DNA of 64,000 nucleotides from Eledone cirrhosa (lineage: Eukaryota), in assembly GCA_964016885.1 (NCBI GenBank), contig OZ024742.1, positions 349,432,001-349,496,000 of the forward strand, given 5' to 3'. Position 1 is the stretch's first letter. The number at the start of each line of letters is the position of its first letter. Shown one piece after another: positions 54,116 through 64,000 of this stretch. Made by a program: the position numbers and the translations under genes. Under the pieces are notes generated by a model. The model did no database searches. It was not told where the DNA came from and saw nothing but the letters and a program-made list of their open reading frames with translations.

Positions 54116-54259
54116 ATGATGGAATGTGTTAGCCATGTTGGTTTTCAATATTTCTATTGTAAATTAAGTTTTCATTATTTCATCAATTAAAAATAGGGAA
54201 ATAATTAAACCTAATTTATAACTAGTTGAATAATAATTAATTATTTAACAAACGATGTA

Positions 54260-54476
54260 AAATCTAGAGGAAGAGATCAATAAAATGGTAGAGGTGTATA
54301 TTAATAAATATCGATTTTGGGGTAGAATCAATCTGTAGGAAGAGGTCAATAACAGGTTAGAGATGTATACCAATAAATATCGATTTTGGCTAGAATCAAT
54401 CTGGAGGAAGAGGTCAATAAAATGGTGGAGATGTATACCAATAAATATCGATTTTGCGATTTTGGCTAGAATCAAT
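54260..54476. repeat. ~69-bp tandem repeat, three copies
   Basis: AATCT...GGAAGAG.TCAATAA...AATAAATATCGATTTTG is repeated three times. Confidence 0.8.
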
Positions 54477-54857
54477 TCACCGTCATCATTAGTAACAGTT
54501 GAAATAGTTGAACTGAAGTCAAGAATAACAGGTTAGAACTTAGTTTCGATTTCTTATGTTCTGGTGAAATATTTGGCAGCGACATGGACGACAACTCATC
54601 CCTTCTTCTTCTTCTTCTTCTTCTTCTTCTTCTTCCACCCCTCTAGCCTTAAAAACTCAATATTTTGCACATTTCATAAGAAAGAAGGGGCCAAGATGAA
54701 GGCCCCGAAACTATTGAGTCTATAACACTAACAGGGGTTGCAAGATTGAAGGTGTATCAATTGAGGGGAACAACAGATCAAGATAGAAAGAAGAGAATTG
54801 CTGAACGAGCTCCTTTCACGTAAACATATTGCGTTTGAAGGAATTGGTAAAAATGGT

Positions 54858-55065
54858 TTTAGGCACAAAACCAACAATTTGGGAGGAGGAGAAAGTCGAT
54901 TAAATCGACACCTGTTCATTACTGGTACTTTATTTTACCAACGCCGTAAGGATGAAAGGCAAAGCTAACATAGATGGGTTTTGAACTCAGAACGGAAGGG
55001 ATGTAACTTCATGCCACTAAGCATGGTGTCCAGTGATCTAGCCATACTGCCAATCCACCTCCCCT
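54858..55065 (-). mobile_element. tRNA-derived SINE, same family as 22395 and 41815
   Basis: Reverse-complement motifs AAGTCGATTAAATCGAC, CTGGTACTTTATTTTA, GGATGAAAGGCAAAG and TTGAACTCAGAAC. Confidence 0.75.
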
Positions 55066-56534
55066 TTAAACATTCATCAATTTTAATACATCCGATATTT
55101 TTTTAATGCCAAGATATTTTTGGTTTTATTATTCCACTGACATATGTAGTGATTTGGTGGGTGGAGAAATCACAGAGCTTTAAATATGTTATTACACAAG
55201 TTGTATTCTTAATGGAATCCAAATTGAAATTTTCCTGTTTTCTGTTTGTCTTCTAAATTGAAACAATAGTAAAGAAAAAAAAATGGTGGAAATTATAAGG
55301 CTTAGAGATTAAAAGAAAAAGAAGCTGGTTTTGTTTTGTCATTCATATTCGTTCATTTAAAATCGTTCTTTTTATTTCTTTTTGAAATGTTCATTCCTTC
55401 AAGAGATCTGTGCAGCATTTATTAAATGTGATCATTAGTTTCTAAAACTTTGTTTCAAATGACTAATGTGATTTTGGTTTTGTTTTAAATCCAGTTATTT
55501 TTATTTATTTTCAGTATGTTTTCTTTTAAATTTATAATTAACAATTATAAAAAAAATTAATAGTAAAAGCACGAACAAAATAAAATAAAATAAAATAAAA
55601 TAAAAAAAATTGTAATATCTTAATTTGATTCATTTTCAGCTAGCTGCTTTCTTGAAATTAATGTTGCTATCGTACAGGAAAGAAAATTAGATCTGATTCA
55701 ATGGTTAGAAAGATGAAAGAAAGCTATAATTTGTAGGGTAGACGAACTGTGAATAGACATGGAAAATGTGTATACAGTTCAGTAGACCAAGGAAAATATC
55801 CAACGTGTATAGAATTATTGATAAATAAGAGATTGGTTTGGCAAGACGAAGATTTTTTTAAATAGTTTCTTTTTCATTCTTTCTCAATTTATTGTAGCTG
55901 TTCTGATTACTTTAGTACACAAAGGATACGTTTTTGTAAGAAGGAAGTTCAGCTCTATCAGGATCGTTCGAAAACAGGTTCCAACGAATAGTTATGGTCA
56001 TATCAGTCATATCTTATGGATCCTAGGTTATAAACATTATACATTTCTCTTATTTTTCATAGTCTATGTTTATATGAAAATACACAGACTCGTTAGAACG
56101 TCGCAACAAATGTCATGCACTATTGTTCGCTGATTGAGATATAAAGACATAAAACAACTGAAATAAAAATGAAAGAAGACACTGATTTTCATGACTGTAA
56201 AAATAGATCGAAAACCATTGATCAACTTGAAATCACAGAGGAAATTTGCTCAAGGTACCGTTAGAACTACATAGTTGGGAAGTAAATACCTTAACCATTC
56301 GTATATGCCTGCCCCTTAATCAAAGATTATTAATTGTATTTTGAAGGGTGGGAAAAAAGGGGAGTTTCCTTCTGATTAAAATAAAAAGTAAATTAAGTTA
56401 ATTACGTTTCAACATCACTTTGCCTTCTCCTGTCTCACAGCTGGGATCAATGAAATAAAACAAATTCCAGTTTATGGTAGTTATTCCCGCTTTTTCATTT
56501 CTGAGTTGAATCGCACCATTTCCACCAAACACAA

Positions 56535-59500
56535 GACCTTTAGTTACCTCTAGTGGAGTCGAATTTGCTGCAAGTATTTAGTCCACCAGAAACCATACCT
56601 TTAGTGGAGTTGATTCTATTGCAAGTATTTAGCCCACCAGACAACATACCTTTAGTGTAGTTGATTCTGTTGCAAGTATTTAGCCCACCAATTACTACAC
56701 CTTTAGTTACCTTTAGTGTAGTTGATTCTGTTGCAAGTATTTAGCCAACCAATTACCAGACCTTTAGTTACCTTTAATGTAGTTGATTATGCTGCAAGTA
56801 TTTAGCCCACCAATTACTAGACCTTTAGTTACCTTTAGTGTAGTTGATTCTGTTGCAAGTATTTAGCCCACCAATTACTAGACCTTTAGTTACCTTTAGT
56901 GTAGTTGATTCTGCTTCAAGTATTTAGCCCACCAATTACCAGACCTTTAGTTTCCTTTAGTGTAGTTGATTCTGCTTCAAGTATTTAGCCCACAAATTAC
57001 CAGACCTTTAGTTACCTTTAGTGTAGTTGATTCTGCTTCAAGTATTTAGCCCACCAATTACTAGACCTTTAGTTTCCTTTAGTGTAGTTGATTCTGCTGC
57101 AAGTATTTAGCCCACCAATTACCAGACCTTTAGTTACCTTTAGTGTAGTTGATTCTGCTTCAAGTATTTAGCCCACCAATTACTAGACCTTTAGTTTCCT
57201 TTAGTGTAGTTGATTCTGTTGCAAGTATTTAGCCCACCAATTACTAGACCTTTAGTTTCCTTTAGTGGAGTTGATTCTGCTGCAAGTATTTAGACCACCA
57301 ATTACCAGACCTTTAGTTACCTTTAGTGTAGTTGATTCTGCTGCAAGTATTTAGCCCACCAATTACCAGACCTTTAGTTACCTTTAGTGTAGTTGATTCT
57401 GCTGCAAGTATTTAGCCCACCAATTACTATACCTTTAGTTACCTTTAGTGGAGTTGATTCTGCTGCAAGTATTTAGCCCACCAATTACCAAACCTTTAGT
57501 TACCTTTAGTGGAGTTGATTCTGCTTCAAGTATTTAGCCCACCAATTACCAGACCTTTAGTTACCTTTAGTGGAGTTGATTCTGCTGCAAGTATTTAGCC
57601 CACCAATTACTAGACCTTTAGTTACCTTTAGTGTAGTTGATTCTGTTGCAAGTATTTAGCCCACCAATTACTAGACCTTTAGTTACCTCTAGTGTAGTTG
57701 ATTCTGTTGCAAGTATTTAGCCCACCAATTACTAGACCTTTAGTTACCTTTAGTGGAGTTGATTCTGTTGCAAGTATTTAGCCCACCAATTACTAGACCT
57801 TTAGTTACCTTTAGTGGAGTTGATTCTGTTGCAAGTATTTAGCCCACCAATTACTAGACCTTTAGTTTCCTTTAGTGTAGTTGATTCTGTTGCAAGTATT
57901 TAGCCCACCAATTACTATACCTTTAGTTACCTTTAGTGGAGTTGATTCTGCTGCAAGTATTTAGCCCACCAATTACTAGACCTTTAGTTTCCTTTAGTGT
58001 AGTTGATTCTGTTGCAAGTATTTAGACCACCAATTACTAGACCTTTAGTTTCCTTTAGTGTAGTTGATTCTGTTGCAAGTATTTAGCCCACCAATTACTA
58101 TACCTTTAGTTACCTTTAGTGGAGTTGATTCTGCTGCAAGTATTTAGCCCACCAATTACTAGACCTTTAGTTACCTTTAGTGTAGTTGATTCTGTTGCAA
58201 GTATTTAGCCCACCAATTACTAGACCTTTAGTTACCTTTAGTGGAGTTGATTCTGTTGCAAGTATTTAGCCCACCAATTACTAGACCTTTAGTTACCTTT
58301 AGTGTAGTTGATTCTGTTGCAAGTATTTAGCCCACCAATTACTAGACCTTTAGTTACCTTTAGTGTAGTTGATTCTGTTGCAAGTATTTAGCCCACCAAT
58401 TACTAGACCTTTAGTTACCTTTAATGTAGTTGATTCTGTTGCAAGTATTTAGCCCACCAATTACTAGACCTTTAGTTACCTTTAGTGTAGTTGATTCTGT
58501 TGCAAGTATTTAGCCCACCAATTACTAGACCTTTAGTTACCTTTAGTGGAGTTGATTCTGTTGCAAGTATTTAGCCCACCAATTAATAGACCTTTAGTTA
58601 CCTTTAGTGTAGTTGATTCTGTTGCAAGTATTTAGCCCACCAATTACTAGACCTTTAGTTACCTTTAGTGTAGTTGATTCTGTTGCAAGTATTTAGCCCA
58701 CCAATTACTAGACCTTTAGTTACCTTTAGTGGAGTTGATTCTGTTGCAAGTATTTAGCCCACCAATTACTAGACCTTTAGTTACCTTTAATGTAGTTGAT
58801 TCTGTTGCAAGTATTTAGCCCACCAATTACTAGACCTTTAGTTACCTTTAGTGTAGTTGATTCTGCTGCAAGTATTTAGCTCACCAATTACCAGACCTTT
58901 AGTTACCTTTAATGTAGTTGATTCTGTTGCAAGTATTTAGCCCACCAATTACCAGACCTTTAGTTACCTTTAGTGGAGTTGATTCTGTTGCAAGTATTTA
59001 GCCCACCAATTACTAGACCTTTAGTTACCTTTAGTGTAGTTGATTCTGTTGCAAGTATTTAGCCCACCAATTACTAGACCTTTAGTTTCCTTTAGTGTAG
59101 TTGATTCTGTTGCAAGTATTTAGCCCACCAATTACTATACCTTTAGTTACCTTTAGTGTAGTTGATTCTGTTGCAAGTATTTAGCCCACCAATTACTAGA
59201 CCTTTAGTTACCTTTAGTGGAGTTGATTCTGCTGCAAGTATTTAGCCCACCAATTACTAGACCTTTAGTTTCCTTTAGTGTAGTTGATTCTGTTGCAAGT
59301 ATTTAGCCCACCAATTACTAGACCTTTAGTTACCTTTAGTGGAGTTGATTCTGTTGCAAGTATATAGCCCACCAATTACTAGACCCTTAGTTACCTTTAG
59401 TGGAGTTGATTCTGCTGCAAGTATTTAGGCCACCAATTACTAGACCTTTAGTTTCCTTTAGTGTAGTTGATTCTGTTGCAAGTATTTAGCCCACCAATTA

Positions 59501-62500
59501 CTAGACCTTTAGTTACCTTTAGTGGAGTTGATTCTGTTGCAAGTATTTAGCCCACCAATTACTAGACCTTTAGTTACCTTTAGTGTAGTTGATTCTGCTG
59601 CAAGTATTTAGCCCACCAATTACTAGACCTTTAGTTTCCTTTAGTGGAGTTGATTCTGTTGCAAGTATTTAGCCCACCAATTACTAGACCTTTAGTTTCC
59701 TTTAGTGGAGTTGATTCTGTTGCAAGTATTTAGCCCACCAATTACTAGACCTTTAGTTACCTTTAGTGGAGTTGGTTCTGTTGCAAGTATTTAGCCCACC
59801 AATTATAGACCTTTAGTTTCCTTTAGTGGAGTTGATTCTGTTGCAAGTATTTAGCCCACCAATTACTAGACCCTTAGTTACCTTTAGTGGAGTTGATTCT
59901 GCTGCAAGTATTTAGCCCACCAATTACTAGACCTTTAGTTTCCTTTAGTGTAGTTGATTCTGTTGCAAGTATTTAGCCCCCCAATTACTAGACCTTTAGT
60001 TACCTTTAGTGGAGTTGATTCTGTTGCAAGTATTTAGCCCACCAATTACTAGACCTTTAGTTTCCTTTAGTGGAGTTGATTCTGTTGCAAGTATTTAGCC
60101 CACCAATTACGAGACCTTTAGTTTCCTTTAGTGGAGTTGATTCTGTTGCAAGTATTTAGCCCACCAATTACTAGACCTTTAGTTACCTTTAGTGGAGTTG
60201 ATTCTGTTGCAAGTATTTAGCCCACCAATTACTAGACCTTTAGTTTCCTTTAGTGGAGTTGATTCTGTTGCAAGTATTTAGCACACCAATTACTAGACCC
60301 TTAGTTACCTTTAGTGGAGTTGATTCTGCTGCAAGTATTTAGCCCACCAATTACTAGACCTTTAGTTACCTTTAGTGGAGTTGATTCTGTTGCAAGTATT
60401 TAGCCCACCAATTACTAGACCCTTAGTTACCTTTAGTGGAGTTGATTCTGCTGCAAGTATTTAGCCCACCAATTACTAGACCTTTAGTTACCTTTAGTGG
60501 AGTTGATTCTGTTGCAAGTATTTAGCCCACCAATTACTAGACCCTTAGTTACCTTTAGTGGAGTTGATTCTGCTGCAAGTATTTAGCCCACCAATTACTA
60601 GACCTTTAGTTACCTTTAGTGGAGTTGATTCTGTTGCAAGTATTTAGCCCACCAATTACTAGACCTTTAGTTACCTTTAGTGTAGTTGATTCTGCTGCAA
60701 GTATTTAGCCCACCAATTACCAGACCTTTAGTTACCTTTAGTGGAGTTGATTCTGTTGCAAGTATTTAGCCCACCAATTACTATACCTTTAGTTACTTTT
60801 AGTGTAGTTGATTCTGCTGCAAGTATTTAGCCCACCAATTACCAGACCTTTAGTTACCTTTAGTGGAGTTGATTCTGTTGCAAGTATTTAGCCCACCAAT
60901 TACCAGACCTTTAGTTTCCTTTAGTGGAGTTGATTCTGTTGCAAGTATTTAGCCCACCAATTACCAGACCTTTAGTTACCTTTAGTGGAGTTGATTCTGT
61001 TGCAAGTATTTAGCCCACCAATTACTAGACCTTTAGTTACCTTTAGTGTAGTTGATTCTGTTGCAAGTATTTAGCCCACCAATTACTAGACCTTTAGTTA
61101 CCTTTAGTGGAGTTGATTCTGCTGCAAGTATTTAGCCCACCAATTACTAGACCTTTAGTTTCCTTTAGTGTAGTTGATTCTGTTGCAAGTATTTAGCCCA
61201 CCAATTACTAGACCTTTAGTTACCTTTAGTGGAGTTGATTCTGTTGCAAGTATTTAGCCCACCAATTACTAGACCCTTAGTTACCTTTAGTGGAGTTGAT
61301 TCTGCTGCAAGTATTTAGCCCACCAATTACTAGACCCTTAGTTACCTTTAGTGGAGTTGGTTCTGTTGCAAGTATTTAGCCCACCAATTACTAGACCTTT
61401 AGTTTCCTTTAGTGTAGTTGATTCTGTTGCAAGTATTTAGCACACCAATTACTAGACCTTTAGTTTCCTTTAGTGGAGTTGATTCTGTTGCAAGTATTTA
61501 GCCCACCAATTACTAGACCTTTAGTTTCCTTTAGTGGAGTTGATTCTGTTGCAAGTATTTAGCCCACCAATTACCAGACCTTTAGTTTCCTTTAGTGGAG
61601 TTGATTCTGCTGCAAGTATTTAGCCCACCAATTACCAGACCTTTAGTTACCTTTAGTGGAGTTGGTTCTGTTGCAAGTATTTAGCCCACCAATTACCAGA
61701 CCTTTAGTTACCTTTAGTGGAGTTGTTTCTGTTGCAAGTATTTAGCCCACCAATTACTAGACCTTTAGTTTCCTTTAGTGGAGTTGATTCTGTTGCAAGT
61801 ATTTAGCCCACCAATTACTAGACCTTTAGTTACCTTTAGTGGAGTTGATTCTGTTGCAAGTATTTAGCCCACCAATTACTAGACCCTTAGTAACATTTAG
61901 TGGAGTTGATTCTGCTGCAAGTATTTAGCCCACCAATTACTAGACCTTTAGTTACCTTTAGTGGAGTTGATTCTGTTGCAAGTATTTAGCCCACCAATTA
62001 CTAGACCCTTAGTTACCTTTAGTGGAGTTGATTCTGCTGCAAGTATTTAGCCCACCAATTACTAGACCTTTAGTTACCTTTAGTGGAGTTGATTCTGTTG
62101 CAAGTATTTAGCCCACCAATTACTAGACCTTTAGTTACCTTTAGTGTAGTTGATTCTGCTGCAAGTATTTAGCCCACCAATTACCAGACCTTTAGTTACC
62201 TTTAGTGGAGTTGATTCTGTTGCAAGTATTTAGCCCGCCAATTACTATACCTTTAGTTACCTTTAGTGTAGTTGATTCTGCTGCAAGTATTTAGCCCACC
62301 AATTACCAGACCTTTAGTTACCTTTAGTGGAGTTGATTCTGCTGCAAGTATTTAGCCCACCAATTACTAGACCTTTAGTTACCTTTAGTGGAGTTGATTC
62401 TGTTGCAAGTATTTAGCCCACCAATTACTAGACCTTTAGTTTCCTTTAGTGTAGTTGATTCTGTTGCAAGTATTTAGCCCACCAATTACTAGACCTTTAG

Positions 62501-64000
62501 TTACCTTTAGTGGAGTTGATTCTGCTGCAAGTATTTAGCCCACCAATTACTAGACCTTTAGTTTCCTTTAGTGTAGTTGATTCTGTTGCAAGTATTTAGC
62601 CCACCAATTACTAGACCTTTAGTTACCTTTAGTGGAGTTGATTCTGTTGCAAGTATATAGCCCACCAATTACTAGACCCTTAGTTACCTTTAGTGGAGTT
62701 GATTCTGCTGCAAGTATTTAGCCCACCAATTACTAGACCTTTAGTTTCCTTTAGTGTAGTTGATTCTGTTGCAAGTATTTAGCCCACCAATTACTAGACC
62801 TTTAGTTACCTTTAGTGGAGTTGATTCTGTTGCAAGTATTTAGCCCACCAATTACTAGACCTTTAGTTTCCTTTAGTGGAGTTGATTCTGTTGCAAGTAT
62901 TTAGCCTACCAATTACTAGACCTTTAGTTTCCTTTAGTGGAGTTGATTCTGCTGCAAGTATTTAGCCCACCAATTACCAGACCTTTAGTTACCTTTAGTG
63001 GAGTTGATTCTGTTGCAAGTATTTAGCCCGCCAATTACTATACCTTTAGTTACCTTTAGTGTAGTTGATTCTGCTGCAAGTATTTAGCCCACCAATTACC
63101 AGACCTTTAGTTACCTTTAGTGGAGTTGATTCTGTTGCAAGTATTTAGCCCACCAATTACTAGACCTTTAGTTACCTTTAGTGGAGTTGATTCTGCTGCA
63201 AGTATTTAGCCCACCAATTACTAGACCTTTAGTTTCCTTTAGTGTAGTTGATTCTGTTGCAAGTATTTAGCCCACCAATTACTAGACCTTTAGTTACCTT
63301 TAGTGGAGTTGATTCTGTTGCAAGTATTTAGCCCACCAATTACTAGACCTTTAGTTTCCTTTAGTGGAGTTGATTCTGTTGCAAGTATTTAGCCCACCAA
63401 TTACTAGACCTTTAGTTTCCTTTAGTGGAGTTGATTCTGTTGCAAGTATTTAGCCCACCAATTACTAGACCTTTAGTTAGCTTTAGTGGAGTTGGTTCTG
63501 TTGCAAGTATTTAGCCCACCAATTATAGACCTTTAGTTTCCTTTAGTGGAGTTGATTCTGTTGCAAGTATTTAGCCCACCAATTACTAGACCCTTAGTTA
63601 CCTTTAGTGGAGTTGATTCTGCTGCAAGTATTTAGCCCACCAATTACTAGACCTTTAGTTTCCTTTAGTGTAGTTGATTCTGTTGCAAGTATTTAGCCCC
63701 CCAATTACTAGACCTTTAGTTACCTTTAGTGGAGTTGATTCTGTTGCAAGTATTTAGCCCACCAATTACTAGACCTTTAGTTTCCTTTAGTGGAGTTGAT
63801 TCTGTTGCAAGTATTTAGCCCACCAATTACTAGACCTTTAGTTTCCTTTAGTGGAGTTGATTCTGTTGCAAGTATTTAGCCCACCAATTACTAGACCTTT
63901 AGTTACCTTTAGTGGAGTTGATTCTGTTGCAAGTATTTAGCCCACCAATTACTAGACCTTTAGTTTCCTTTAGTGGAGTTGATTCTGTTGCAAGTATTTA
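56535..64000. repeat. 61-bp satellite array (ACCTTTAGTTACCTTTAGTGGAGTTGATTCTGTTGCAAGTATTTAGCCCACCAATTACTAG)
   Basis: 61-bp period; runs off the right edge; degenerate 51-bp units at the left border. Confidence 0.98.

Overview
This is AT-rich, repeat-dominated eukaryotic DNA. The tRNA-derived SINEs and microsatellite load resemble an octopus/cephalopod genome, which is an inference. Two satellite arrays bracket the window: a 39-bp unit at 1-15820 and a 61-bp unit at ~56535-64000. I found no convincing host gene. Between the arrays are an intact two-ORF Tx1/L1-type LINE with a 23-bp target-site duplication at a (TCTA)n tract, an inverted deleted copy of the same family also at (TCTA)n, a CR1 fragment, a non-autonomous Helitron and several SINEs. 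The main signal is a dense cluster (16-51 kb) of unrelated non-coding elements inserted into (TA)n microsatellites. Most of them carry a type I hammerhead ribozyme motif (stem I-CUGANGA-stem II-GAAA-short, often palindromic stem III-UH-stem I). Most are head-to-head foldbacks with both 3' ends facing outward into (TA)n. One is a ~465-bp tandem retrozyme-like array with five intact hammerheads, and some show terminal redundancy suggesting circular or multimeric RNA templates. A Penelope-type GIY-YIG fragment at 24.5 kb points to the likely mobilising family. All motif calls were made by eye; no folding or database search was run.
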